NCBI GenBank assembly: GCA_024137785.1
Contig: JAHRHZ010000041.1
Location: 22,895,518 to 22,959,517 of the forward strand
Source: Ginglymostoma cirratum
Lineage: Eukaryota
Direction: 5' to 3'
DNA length: 64,000 bases
Of the stretch, positions 14,430 to 27,460 are shown one piece after another. How positions within the stretch are numbered: position 1 is the stretch's first letter; each line of letters opens with the position of its first letter. The position numbers and the translations under genes are program-made. Under the pieces are notes generated by a model. The model saw only the letters and a program-made list of their open reading frames with translations. It was not told the origin of the DNA and did not search any database.

Positions 14430-17050
14430 CAAGAAATGAGTAGGAGTAGGTCATTCAGCACCTGAAGTCTGCTCTACCATTCAATAATATATTGACTAAT
14501 CTACACCAGGCCTCAACTCCTCATTTTTGCCAACTCCTCAGAGCACTTAATTCCCTGATATCTCAAAAATCTATCTGCCTCTTCTTTAAATACTTCCAGT
14601 GATTGAGATTCCACAACTCTTTGGGGCAGAGCATTCCAGACGTTCACACCCCTCTGGGAGATGAAATTTCTCCACACTTCAGTATTAAATGAGTATCCAC
14701 TTATTCTGTAAACATGTCCCTATTTTGAGACGCCCCCACCAGTAGAAACATCTTCTCAACATGTACCCTCTCAAGCCCCCTCAGAATCCATTCATCATCA
14801 GGGCTTTCTTGAAGCTTTACACTTTTTCCTTGAAAAGAGATGTGAATAAGCCCCAACAACCACTAGCCACCTTCGCCTGGATGAGCTCATTCTCACGTTG
14901 AAAATCTTCTCCTATAACCCATCTCACTTTCTCCAAGTCAAAGGTTTGGCAATGATACTCAAATGGGTTCCAAATTATGGCTGGCTCGTTGTCGGGTGTG
15001 TAGAGCAATCCTTGTTCCAGTCCTATCAAGCCTACTCCCACAGCTCTCTCTCTGATGTAGCAATTATGTCATTGGTGCTGCTTCCTGCTGTCATCGAGAA
15101 TTAGAAAAAATTATTAGTTTTGTTTGTAATTTCCATTTTTTTTCTCATTAATCCATTTCTTCCACCCCTTCCCCCCATTTATTTTACTGTTTCTTTTTCT
15201 GGGGATAGGCTATACACCAATATCCATTACAAATCCAATGACTCCCATAGTAAATGGACTAGATTTTATCATACCCTGCATCCAGCAAGGACTCCACTGC
15301 ATTCACCCAGTTTCTCTGTTTCCTTCACACCTATTCTGATGATTTCACCACCCATCAGGGTGCCTCTGACATGTCCTTCTTTATCATCAACCAAGGACTC
15401 CCCCCCGCCACCCATCATGGTTGACTGGGTCCTCAGCTGTATTTGTCCCCAAACCATTTCCCACATTTGTGCCCTCACTCCTTGCCGAAATAATGTCAGG
15501 GTTCCCCTTATCCTCACTTTCCACCCCATAAATCTTTACATTCAAAGGATCATCTGATCATCCTCCACTATTTCCATCATGTCCAGCGGGATTCCATCGC
15601 CAAACCACATCTTTCCCTCTCCTCCACTGCCAGCATTCCACAAAGACTATTCCCTTCATGACACCTTGATCCGCTCCTCCATCATTCCTAACACTTTCTC
15701 ACTCCTCCATGGCACTTTCCAATGCAATTACAGAAGGTGCCCTTTCACCTCCTTCTTTGTCACTGCCCAAGACTCCAAACACACTTTCCAGATGAAGCAG
15801 TGTTATATTTCTGAGAATCTAGTCTGTTGCATTCACTGCTCTCAATGCAGTGTCCTTTACATTGGCGAGACTAATTGCCAATTAGAGCTTGGAGGAATGA
15901 GGGGTGATCTCATTGAAACATATAAGATGCTGAGGGGATGAAAGCAAAGTACTGCAGACTCTGGAAATCTGAAATAAAAGCACACAATGCTGGAGAAACT
16001 CCAGACAAAATGCAGACTGGAATTGCAGCACCCATTTACTTTGTCTGTAAGAATGACCCTAATTGTTTGCCGTTTCAATAAACAATCTTGCTCCCATGCT
16101 AACATTTCCTTTGAGAAAAAGTTTAATGCTGCAATGGTCCAATGAAGCTCAAAGCAATCTAGAGCAACAACACCTAATTTTTCACTGTGGCTTTTTACAG
16201 TCTCTAGGACTCAATATTGAGCTCAACAACTTCAACGCTCAGGACCATGTCCTCCATTTTGATTCCAGACCCCAACCCCCTGCCCACCTCCCCCACCCTG
16301 ACCTCCACATCACCTACCACTACCATCATCAACTATGTCATTTTTGTGTCACAGAGTGGTCTCCTTTGCCATCCTATCATTTAAATCTCTAAATTCTCCA
16401 TTATGGCCATTACCACTCCCTTTGTCTTTTGCTCCAGATGCTCTCACCATCTTTCCACTCACTCCTTATCCCTTTTTGTCAACAGCATAAAACCCAACAT
16501 TTTTCCAGTCACTTTCCGTTCTGAAAAATCGTTAAATCAGACTCAAAACAGTTGTTTCTCTCGCCACAGATACTGTCAGTCATGGTGAGTTTCTCCAGTA
16601 TTGTTTGTTTTTATTTCAGATTTCCAGCACCTGCAGCACTTTGCTTCCATCCCCTCAGCATCTTGTATGTTGCAGCAAGATCACCCCTCATTCTTCTATG
16701 CGCTAATGAACAAAGGAGTTAATGTTCATGTTAAGTCAATCCTTCATCCTCAGAATCAATTTACTGAGTCTCTTTCGAACTGCCTCCAAAGCTAATATTT
16801 TCTTTCTTAAATATGGGGACCAAAACTGTACACAGTACTGCAGGTGCAGCCTCACCAACACCTTGTACTATCGTAACAAGAATTTCCTATTTTTAACCCC
16901 CAGCAATAAAGACCAAAATTCCTTTTGACCCTTAATTATTTGCTGCACCTGCGAGCTAACATTTTTGTGTTTCCTACAATAGTGCTTGACCTCACACTTT
17001 CCTACATTGAACTCAATTTGCCAGGTTATTGCCCACTCACTTGACCTACC
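14430..17050 (-). mobile_element. CR1 LINE split by a Penelope insertion (CR1 parts about 14430-14790 and 16650-17050)
   Basis: The 3' end starts gtaggagtaggtcattcagc; the right part encodes WAITWQIEFNVGKCEVKH (ORF 16868). cccctcagaatc and cccctcagcatc flank the insert. Confidence 0.7.
14790..16650 (+). mobile_element. Degenerate Penelope-like retroelement (RT C-terminus, GIY-YIG endonuclease, 3' repeat)
   Basis: GDRLYTNIHYK, RVPLILTFHP, NLVCCIHCSQCSVLYIGET and NLEQQHLIF, collinear with the better-preserved copy at 46814-48250. Confidence 0.85.
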
Positions 17051-20031
17051 GCTTTCTTTTTGGAGATTACTTACAACCTCTTCACAACATGCCCTCCTAC
17101 CTACATTTAAAGAGGCTGTTGGCAGCAATCTTCACCGTTAGTAGTAGCTCACACAGAGTAGGGATCTGGCGTGCCCGTGCAACAAGTCTTAAAGATGTAT
17201 TAAATAAAAGGATTGGTAGAAAAACAGAGAAAGCTATGATAGTGGGTAACAACAGTGAAAAAAATTAGCACCAGGGCAGTCACAACGACCTTAATTACTT
17301 CTTTCTGTGCTGTGATCTCTAAAATTTCTATTCAGCACCAACTCTCTTATTGGAATTAAATGCTGTAAATATTATTAGGTTCAGCCAGTCCACTATTCCT
17401 GTAGGTGAGGTCTAATTACCCATTAGCAGGAAGCGACCCTCAGCTGTCCAATATCTAAAGTATTCCTGATCAGTACATTTCATATTTTCAGATAATCTCA
17501 CGTTCTTACTTTCAAACTCAGTAAACATTTCACAAGACCATGGTATGGACTGCAAACTGCAAAACAGATTTATTAAACATAAAGGAGGTAAGTGAACAGT
17601 AGCAATGGAGATTTACAGTAACAGATGTGACTAGAATTGCAGGAATGATAGAAGGTACAGTCATACCTGTAACTTGAAGTTTCAGTGAGGTCTTTGGATA
17701 GTCTGTGTTAACCTGAATTGAAGATTTGCTGATGACCTTCAATGGAGTCTTTCTGGCAAATGTGCATCATTACTTAGTGCCAATCACCTGCTTTCTCCAT
17801 GTACCCTTTCACATGAGTTTTGTCCAAATAATCCTCCAAAGTCTCTTACATCCAAATGAAGTAGCCAATTAAACATACATTGAAATAAAACCCATATGCT
17901 TAATAGTTTGACTACCAACTTGGATTTCCGTCACTGGTTTAACATGCCTCCTCACAATACTGTATAACAAATGAAACCTACTCATTTTCTCATTTTAACC
18001 CTTTATTTTGCTGTGATTGAACGGGTAACATGATACATTCCCCCTTCAAGCCACGTATGATTTGGAACTATTTGCCTTTTCTTCATTGTCACTGGGTCAA
18101 AATCCTGGAATTCCCTTCTTAACACCATTGTGGGTGTACCTACCCCAAGAACTGTAGCCATTCAAGATGGCAGCTCACCACTAATTTCTATATGGTAATT
18201 AGGGATGATCAGTAAATAATGGCCAAACCATTGATGCTCACATCTGGTGAATGAAATTTAAAGTCATAGATTAAGTGATAAGGTTTTTAAAATGCTGTAA
18301 CTGTTGATTACTAGTTTAAAAAATATGATGTAAACTGTTCCAATGATGGGCCAAATACATGGATAAATATAACGAAAAACATTCTTATTCTTCTACTAAA
18401 TGTGTGAACACAAAAGGCAATTGAATGTTGCTTTAAAAATAAATTGTGCGGCATTAAAACCTTTAATTACGAAGAAGCAAGTTAGTTAGATCAGCAAAGC
18501 ATGAAGGCATTTTCTCTTTGTAAGACAACTGATCTATGGTCTCATTTACTTTACACAATTTTCCTACATAGGTACGAAGTGCAATATTTAATATTTTAAT
18601 CAATTTGTCTACTGCTTCTGCTATTGTATGATGTTGATGTGCCACAAAAAATATGATTGGAGGAGGAAACACATAAACTCAAAGATTCATCTCAATGTCA
18701 CATGTAAGATGCTGAGTCTAAAAGAGTTTAAAAGCCACAGTGAAAGATGTTACTGTCTAGCGGGGGTTGGGCTGGAGACAAAAGCAGAGACTGTACAAAT
18801 AAACTCCAAATTGAATTATGCCAGATATCTGAGTAAAACCACTACTGCAGCATAGGGCCTCATTAAGATTTAATTATTGTTTTAAAGGTGCTTATTATAT
18901 AGAAAATTATGTTTCCCACCTCGTGTAATTAGACTTTCAATACAGAAAATCAGATTCACTTGGGTTGTCAAAGTTGACAAGCCTGTTATTTGGAAGGGTT
19001 GATGTATTCCATAGAACAGAACAATTTGATTTATATCTTACAAATCAGTTAACCTCATAATTCACTCACCATTTTAAATGCAATGTAAATTACATCTCAC
19101 AGCCTTTATTGTTTATTCCGTTAATACCATATGGTAAAAATGAATGTTGAAAAAATGATTAAATTAAATCTGCAGATTGAAACATGTCTACGACTACGAA
19201 ACACGTTCATATAACCTTTGGTTACAGTGCTACAGTGACAGTGTAAATGTCAATCAGGCATTAGTTATGATCTGTGGTTGTTGTTTCAGCTGCCTGATGT
19301 AAACTCTCAATAGCAGTGACTACAGGTGGGAACATTGGCACACAAAATTGCTACTTATTTCTGTTCCTGTATTCACCATTTTTGGTTATGTACACAGAAC
19401 AGAGTTATGCAAAATTACCTCACAAATATTGTGTATTTTGTGTATTTTCTTCAAAGTAACTTTCAGAAGAAAAGTTAATGTTATGCAATTTTGTCTTTCC
19501 AATAAGAAAATCTATTTAATGCAATTTAATCATTGGAAATGATTTAACTACAGATCCTATTGAATAAAATATTGGGAAGACTGAAGTCATTGGTTCTATA
19601 AACCATGTGGATTTTCAAGAAAACAATGAAAGATTAACGTATAGAAAGAGGCTTTTCAGACCATGATGGCACAGCCTTAAACAAACCAGCTGCCCACTCT
19701 AATCCCACATCCCAGCACTGGTCTGTATCCCTGAAGGTACCCCACTTCAAATGTCCGAATCCAAATATTTTAAATGAGCAGAGATTTCTGCATCAATAAT
19801 CAACATAGGCAGCAAATTCAAGATACCCGCCACTCTCAGGGTGAAAAAAGATTTTCCTCAGATCCCTCTAATCCATCTACCAATCATCTTACCTTCTGGT
19901 AACTGATTTCTCAGCAAGGAGAAACACCCTTTCCTGTTTACTTTATCTCAGCATGTCATAGTTTTGCACAGTTCAATCAAGTCACTAAACAGCTTCTCTG
20001 TTCTAAGGAAAAAAAAACTCTAGCCTATCCA

Positions 20032-21510
20032 ATGTGGAGCTGGAGGAACACACCTGGCCAGGAAGCATCAGAAGAGCAGGAAAGTTGACATTTCAGGTCG
20101 GGACCCTTCTTCAGAAATGGGGAGGGGGAAGGGAGCTGGGAAATGAATAGAGAGAGGAGGAGTGGGGCTGGGGAAGGTAAGTGGGATGGTGATAGATGAA
20201 TGCAGGTAGAGAGTGGTGGGGATTGGTCAGTAAGATGGGTGGGGTAGATAGGTGGGAGAGAAGATGGAAAGGTTGTGTCAAGTCAAGGAGGCAGGGATGA
20301 GAGGGAGGCTTGGACATGAGATGAGGCCGGGGGTGGGGAGATTTTAACACTGGTGAATTCCATGTTTAGGCCATCGGGCTGTAGGCTCCTGAGGCGGAGT
20401 ATGAGGTGTTGCTCCTCCAGTTTGTGTGTGGTGTCATTGTGGCACTGGAGGAGGCCCAGGATGGACATGAGACCCAGCGAGTGGGAGAGGGGCTTAAAAT
20501 GATTGGCTTCAGGAAGGTGTTGTCATTGGTCGCATACAGAGCACAGATTCTCCACAAAACGGTCTGAGTCTACACTTTGTCTCATCACTGTAGAGGAGAC
20601 CACATTGGGAGCAGCGGATACAATAGACCAAGTTGGTGGTTGTACAGGTGAACCCCAGTATGTTATGAAAGGTATGTTTTGGGCCATGAATGGAGGTGAG
20701 GGGGGAGGTGTAGGGGCAGGTCTAGCACTTCGTGCAGTTGCAGGGAAATGTGCTGGGTGTGGTGGGGTTAGAGGGGAGTCGCGGAGTGAGCAGTCCCTAC
20801 AAAAGGCAGATAAGGGTGGGGAGGGAAATATATCTTTGATTGTTGGGTCGGATTGTAAGTGGCGGAAGTAGGGGACAATGATACACCAGATGCAGAGGTT
20901 GGTAGGGTGGTATGTGAGGACAAGGGGTTTCTGTCTTTATTTTTGTTGGGGGGTGGGGGTGTGAGTACAGAAGTGCAGGAAATGCAAGGAACACAATTGA
21001 GGGCAATTTTGATTACCAGAAGAGGGAAGTTACAATCCTTGAAATAGGAGGACATCTGGGATGTCTGGGAGTGAAATGCTCCATCTTGGGAGCAGACGTG
21101 GTGAGGCGGAAGAATTGGGAGTAGGGGATCGCATTCTTGCAGGACAGTGGGTGAGAGGAGGTGCAGTCCAGGTCGCTGTGGGAGTCAGTGGGCTTGAAAT
21201 AGATGTCAGTTTCGAGGCGGTTACCAGAGATGGAGACTGAGAGGTCCAGGAAGGAGAGGGATGTATCGCAGATGGTCGAGGTGAATTTGAGACTGGGGTG
21301 AAAGGTGTTAGTAAAGCTGCTGAACTATACAAGCTCCTCATGGGAGCATGAGGCAGCATGGATACAGTCATCCATGCAGCAAAGGAAGTGGTAGGGGATA
21401 GTGCCAGTGTAACAGCTGAAAAAGGACTGTTCCGCATATCTTACAAAGAGGCAGGCATTGCTTGGGTCCATGTGGGTGTCCATGGCCACTCCCTTGGTCT
21501 GTTTGCAGTG
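20032..21510 (-). mobile_element. Penelope-like retroelement, 5'-truncated, with RT and GIY-YIG remnants and terminal repeat
   Basis: QTKGVAMDTHMDPSNACLFV (RT motif, consensus GVAMG..MGPSYA), FLCCMDDCI (YIDD motif), MSILGLLQCHNDTTHKLEEQHLILRL; terminal repeat at about 20032-20120. Confidence 0.9.
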
Positions 21511-21574
21511 AGGGGACACATAATATAGGTCAGATGGTTGGCAAACCATCATTCTAACTATTTTTTCCAGTGGT

Positions 21575-21800
21575 TGTAATGAGGCCAGCCAGCTAGATGT
21601 CAGAGAATATGAGTTCCCTGCTTAGGCCAGTTAATTTGGTACAATCAGGGATCCCTGGCTGACATAAAAAGATTATATGTCAGAAATACTGACTCTCTGG
21701 TGCCTGACTCTGTATGAGGCAGTACTATAGTCAAGGGCTGATCGCGTGTAAATAAAGGGTGATGTGTTGATGGGATACCAGCCTCTGTAGAGCGATTGCA
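21575..21800 (+). mobile_element. Short solo LTR (TG...CA), probably Gypsy-derived
   Basis: Begins tgtaat and ends ttgca, with internal aataaa; homologous over its length to 31935-32159. Confidence 0.65.
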
Positions 21801-22229
21801 CTTCTAAGTTAGTATCCATAATACAGGGCGGGGGGACGGGTAGTGAATGGATGAGTGCCAAAACAAAAAGTGCATATTTAAATCAACAATTACAAAGCAA
21901 TTCAGCTTTTTAATATGCTGGCCATGTCATTGTATGGTCGTCTTGAGCATGTAGCTAGGAGTGGGAAGCACATTTTTTAAAACAAAATGTATTTTGAAAG
22001 GCCAGAAAGGAAAATTGTGACTGTTTTAAGAAATATCATTGGCACATTCACCTCTTCCCCTTCCCAAGGTGCTCAAAACCCTCCCTGCCCAATGCCTCTG
22101 GCTTCCTTGGGTCCAGCTTCCACTGGGGCCTTCATCCCAGGCCTTCTGTGCCCACAACTGAGCTCTGACCAGCAGGTCTAGAAGATGTGAAACTTTTTAC
22201 CACTGAAGGCAGTAGTTCAATTTTGGCAT

Positions 22230-22550
22230 TGTTTTCTTTTATTTAAAAAATACACTTTATACATAAAATAATTCAATAAATACATATGAGAGGTACTAAA
22301 ACATTCCTGTACAGTCTTTCCAGAGCAAACAACAAACAACACATTGGAATTTGACATTCCTCAGAGTTGTCTGGCAGTTGCAAACCAGAAGCATTTTCTA
22401 TTCATGCAGGAAATTATTAACATTCACTGTTAGGCAATGAGGGGTCTGACAAGTGAACAGCCCCTCGATATAATTGGCAGAAAGACCATAGACAGGCTGT
22501 GGTGGTGGGGATTGGGGAGGGGTGGGTGGTGGCTGACTTTTCCTCCTCAA
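22230..22550 (-). mobile_element. Possible Tx1/L1-type LINE 3' end
   Basis: T-rich tail with ctttatacataaaata and cccctcgatataattggcagaaagaccatagacag, resembling elasmobranch Tx1 ends from memory. Confidence 0.35.
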
Positions 22551-23719
22551 ATAGAAACCAACCAACTTTTCAGTCAGCATGTGTTGAGAAGAGGATTTAG
22601 AGTCAAGTAGTCCTTTTCCCATAAAATCCTGCCCCGCAAAATCCCCTGATGTGGCTTGGTGTCATATTTTGTTTCATTGCACTTTTGTGAAGCGCGTTGG
22701 GCTATTTCATGATGACAAATGCAATATGTAAAAATTAGTTGTTGATGTTGAATTGGTAACATAAAGTTTTTTTTGTCTTGGAAATAATTGTGAATTTGAG
22801 TAGAGTCTAGGAGTTACTACAGGCCAGTGACAACAACTCAGTACACTTAAGTCAGCTCAATTGAAGGTTAAATCTGAAATGAGACCTCACTTCAATTCCT
22901 GCAACCTGGAATGTGTTTACTAGAAGAAGAGAAAGGCTCCAGCCTAACAGCATTCACCTTTCTTCAAACTTGCAAAATGATGCTCTTGTCTCTGACAGTC
23001 CACATTAATCATAGTCTCACAATGCTTTCATGTTTGAATTTATTGATGTTAATAAAGTTATAGATTGGTTGAACAGTTTATTTCATTTTTCTTTGGCGTA
23101 AAAATAGCATCTAACCAGAAACAGAAGGCCAGATGCTACATTTACACAAAATCCAGACAATTGTCCAGCACATGAACATTATGTGTACAGGGAAACTACA
23201 CTTCCAGCAAAGTAACTTAATTACATCACTACATAAACGTATTGCTGACTAGCACTGTATGCAACCTGGGAATATTTGAAGTTTCACAATAACATTTCTA
23301 GGCAAATTAGTGCAAGCCACATTAGTAAAGGACCTATTGCAGAAATCATTACTTCTGAGAAGCAGATAAACACAGCCAACTATTTCAGAATAGAGGTTTC
23401 TGCTGAAATACCATTTGGATCATGCAACGGTTGGGAATTCATCATAGAAAACACATGTATTTCCAAGTGTCTAGAATTCCACTATTTTCAAGGAATGTTA
23501 AGAACAAAGGAAGTATCAATTTACAAGGAACTTCCTCAGGAAAAGCAAGAAGCAACATGGAGAAATCAAACAAAAGCAGAAAATTCTAAATCAATGCTCA
23601 AATCAGTTTAGGGGACCATAACATAATGATGTCAACAAAACATTATGAGTTTAAGGCCCAATGAAAAACTTAAGCTCACAATCTTGGCATTCAGCGGACT
23701 ACTGAGGGAGACTGTGTTT

Positions 23720-24020
23720 TATGCGACCGTTAACCTGGGCCTTCTCAACTCTCTAAGCATGTACAAGATCCTGCAACACTGTCCTGTATATCAGAAGAAT
23801 AGCCAACTTCTCCAATCAATGCTGTTACCAATATTTAACCCTCAACAACGATCGCTGAAAGAGACAATTCGGTCATTTACCTCATTGCTTTTTGTGAAAT
23901 TCAGGTGTACACAATTTCCTTATGTTACGTTACCAACATTTCAAAAGTACGAAATAGGCTGTGAAATGCTTTGGTCCATGCACAGGCTGTAAAAGGGGTT
24001 ATATAAATTCAAGTTATTTT
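23720..24020 (+). mobile_element. Deu-domain SINE fragment (SacSINE1/AmnSINE-like)
   Basis: Homologous to the body and tail of 31585-32255 (atatttaaccctcaac, ggtcatt...cattgctttttgtg, ggctgtgaaatgctttgg). Confidence 0.6.
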
Positions 24021-24329
24021 TCTCGTACTACACAATGTATAAACATAAAGAGGGTGGATGAATGAAATTTGGAATATTTTTATAATTTGACAAAGTCTAC
24101 CAAGTTTAATACTAGGTGCTGATTTTTATTTATTTGATGGTGAATGTTCCCACTCATAACTGAGATGCACATTTAAAATAAATCACAATTATCTGAACCA
24201 ATATGTGCGAGTATATTGAGTAATGATGTTACATATATGACGCACTGTTGGTGTTCTGAGAGTTTATTTCTGCTGTCCTGACAGCAGTTTAGATCCCAAT
24301 CCATGCAGAAGGGAAGAGTACAATTGATG

Positions 24330-25530
24330 AAATATATACTGCCACAAATAGCCTTGAGACGAAATACCCCGAGGTCTTGTTCATTGTTGCCGCTGACTTC
24401 AACCAGGCCAACTATAAGATTGGGCTACCAAGATACCAACAGCATATCTCCTGTCCCACCAGAGGCCCAAAAACTCTGCGCCATTGCTGAACAAACATCA
24501 AAAACACCTACCACTCCATTCCCTGCCCACACTTTACTAAATCAGATCATAAGGCTGTGCTCCTTCTCCCAACTTACAAGCAGAAACTGTATCATGAGGA
24601 TCTGGTACAGAAAGTCATACAGTGCTGCTCTGAAGTAACGGATCAGCTCCTATGTCATTGCTTGGAGTCGGTGGACTGGGCCATATTCAAGAACTCAACA
24701 ACCAACCTAAATGAGTATACCACTACCATAACAGACTTCATAAATATATTTGTAGAGGACTGCTTGCCAAAGAAGTTAATCCGAGTGTTCTCCAACCAGA
24801 AACCATGGATGAACCGGAGGATCCACTCCCTGCTGAAGTCCAGGTCTGAGGCATTCAATGCAGGTGTCCCTGACCTATACAGGATATCTAGGTACGACCT
24901 TCACAAAGCATTCAGGGATGCCAAAAGACAATACCAGACTAACCTGTCCCAGACTAACCACACAAATACATATGTTACATGCAAAGCTTACGTGCAAAGT
25001 CAAGTAAAATTACTGACAACAATGCATCCCTCCCGTGAGCTCAATGCATTTTATGCTCATTTTGAACAGAAGGTCAGCAAAATTATGTCACCTGCACTGA
25101 TAGATTCGAGTGCCCCGTACCTGCAGTCACTGCAGTGGGCCAGCTGGCAGGATATTTGCAGGCATCTTTAGCCTCTCCTTACTTCAAAATGAGCTTCCCA
25201 CCTGCTTCAAGACCACTACTATCCTGGTGCCAAATTAAAATCAGGAATCTGCCTTAATGACTACCGCCCAGTGGCTCTGCCATCCATCATTATGAAGTGC
25301 TTTGAGAGGTTAGTAATGGCACACATCAACTCCAGCCTCCCAGACTGCCTTGATCCACCACAGTCTGTCTACTGTCATAATAGGTCCATGGCAGGCACCA
25401 TCTCCCCTGGCCCTACACTCATCCCTTGAGCATCTGGGTAACAAGGACATCTACGTGAGACACCTATGTTTTGACTTTAGCTCTGCCTTTAACAACATAA
25501 TTCCAACAAAACTCATCTCCAAATTCTGAG
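24330..25530 (+). mobile_element. Rex1/Babar-clade non-LTR retrotransposon fragment (endonuclease end, DUF1891-like region, RT N-terminus)
   Basis: LFIVAADFNQA and KSDH (APE), CLESVDWAIFKNS...IRVFSNQKPWMN (ORF 24557), LNDYRPVALxSIIMKCFERLV; frameshifted. Confidence 0.85.
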
Positions 25531-25534
25531 ACCC

Positions 25535-25635
25535 CGTTCTGAGAAAGGTTCACTAGACTCGAAACATTAACTCTGATTTCTCTTCACAGATGCTGCCAGA
25601 TGTGCTGAGCTTTTCCAGCAATTTCTATTTTTGCT
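25535..25635 (+). repeat. Penelope-derived short terminal-repeat fragment
   Basis: ttctgagaaaggttcactagactcgaaacattaactctg...cagatgctgccag; same family as 44515-44617. Confidence 0.6.
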
Positions 25636-25985
25636 CCCTTTACTTCTTCCTCAGTTTAAAATTAATTACCAAGCCTAAGGTAAGAATAGCCTTTGAATAA
25701 ACTTGTGCCATCATCTGCGTTATTCAGAAAATTTGAAATTGTGCCATTTTTGTTTTTCGGTAAATTTTATTTTTCTGGAATTAAAGCATCAATGTCTCAT
25801 TCAATCTGCAGACCTCTTACTGTTGAGGAAAGAAGATTGTATTTTTGGAATTAAAAATAACATTTCATCAAAATATCACAATTATTGGTTGTTCATCCAG
25901 TTTGATCACATTTGATCACTAATGCACAGATATAAACCAGTGTCTTTAAAAAAACGTGTAAACTCCAACAGTGTTTGAACAATGT

Positions 25986-26112
25986 GATGATGTGGAAATG
26001 CCGGTGTTGGACTGGGGTAGACAAGATCAGAAGTCACTCGACAACTGGTTATAGTCCAACAGGTTTGTTTGAAATCACAAGCTTTCAGAGTGCTGCTCCT
26101 TCATCAGGTGAA
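25986..26112 (-). repeat. Short repeat with a hammerhead-like core (separate Penelope-like family)
   Basis: Reverse complement reads cacCTGATGAaggagcagcactctGAAAgctt...aaacctgttggactataacc...ccagtccaacaccggc. Confidence 0.6.
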
Positions 26113-26449
26113 GTGACTTTAGGGTTAACGTATACAATATTGAATATACTGGGACAGTTACCTGCAGTACACTTGGACCTTAAAATTAAGCTGTTTGTAT
26201 GTTAAATGTTAATGTGGAAAGATCAAAAAAAGGATGTGTGTATGTATAAATAAAGTGTCTTTCACAAAGTCAGGATATCAGAAGTGATTTATAACTAATG
26301 AATCATTTTGATATTTAGCCATGCACTGTTATGATATTGGACATTCCGTTGTCCACTGTCGTAATGGAGTTGCAGACATAACCATCAATTTTAAACAATT
26401 GTGCTAAAATAATAAACCAGTTTCCTATTAAGGTATTAAACATTTCTAC

Positions 26450-27460
26450 ACTTGTTTGTCATTTATATAAATGATTTCGATGAGAATATAGAAGGCATGT
26501 TTAGTAAGTGTGCGGACAACACCAAAATTGGTGGCATAGTAGACAGTAGTAAGTCTACAATCATACTAACCATGCCTTCCATATTCTCATTCAAAGAAGG
26601 TTTTCCAAGATTAAAAAGGGATCTTGATGAAATGGGTCAATGGGCTGAAAAATGGTAAATGAAGTTCAATCTGGATAAAAACGAGGCATTGCATTTTGGT
26701 ACAACAAACAGAGTTAGGACTTATACAATTAATGGTAGGGCCTTGAGTGGTGTTGAGAACAGAAGGATCTAGGAGTTCAGATACATAATTCTTTGAAGTT
26801 TTCATCACATATAGACAGAGTGGTTAAAATGGCGCTTGGCATGCTTGCTTTAATTGCTCAGTCATTTGAGTATAGGAGTTGGGAAGTCATGTTGAGGTTG
26901 TACAGGACATTGTTGAAGCCTCTTCTGAAATACTGTGTCCAGTTCTGGTCATCCAGTTATAGGAAGGATATTATTAAGCTGAAGAGGGTTCAGAAGAGAT
27001 TGCAGGATATTGCCGGGTATGGAAGGTTTGAGTTATAAAGAAAGGTTGGACAGGCTGGGACTTTTTTTACTGGAGAGCAGGAGGTTAAGAGTCAACTTGA
27101 TAGGAGTTTATAAAATAATGAGAGGTGCGTATAAATTAAGTTAATGGTAGTTGTCTTTTCCCTAGGATGGGGGATTTCCAGACTAGGGGGCACATTTTTA
27201 AGGTGAGAGGAGAGAAATTTAAAAAAGATGTGAGGCAAATATTTTACAGAGAGGCTGGTTCGTGTGTGGAATGAACTTCCTGAGGAAATGGTGGATGCGG
27301 ATACAATTACAACGTTTAAGACATTTGGATTAGTACATGAATAGAAAGGTTTGGAAGTACATGGGCTAGGAGCAGCTAGGTGGGACTGGTTTAGTTTGGG
27401 ATTATGTTCAGCCTGGGCTGGTTGGACCTAACAGTCTGTGCTGTACGACTCTATGTCTCT
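26450..27460 (+). mobile_element. CR1 (HER1-like) LINE, 5'-truncated, with RT remnant and 3' tail
   Basis: LFVIYINDFDEN...SKCADNTKIGGIVDS, EYRSWEVMLRLYRTL...YCVQFWS; tail ctgtacgactctatgtctcta. Confidence 0.9.

Noticed and set aside
22500-22532. G-quadruplex-like G runs (also in Penelope UTRs and at 3578-3591)
   Set aside because: Low-complexity tracts inside repeats with no independent sign of function.
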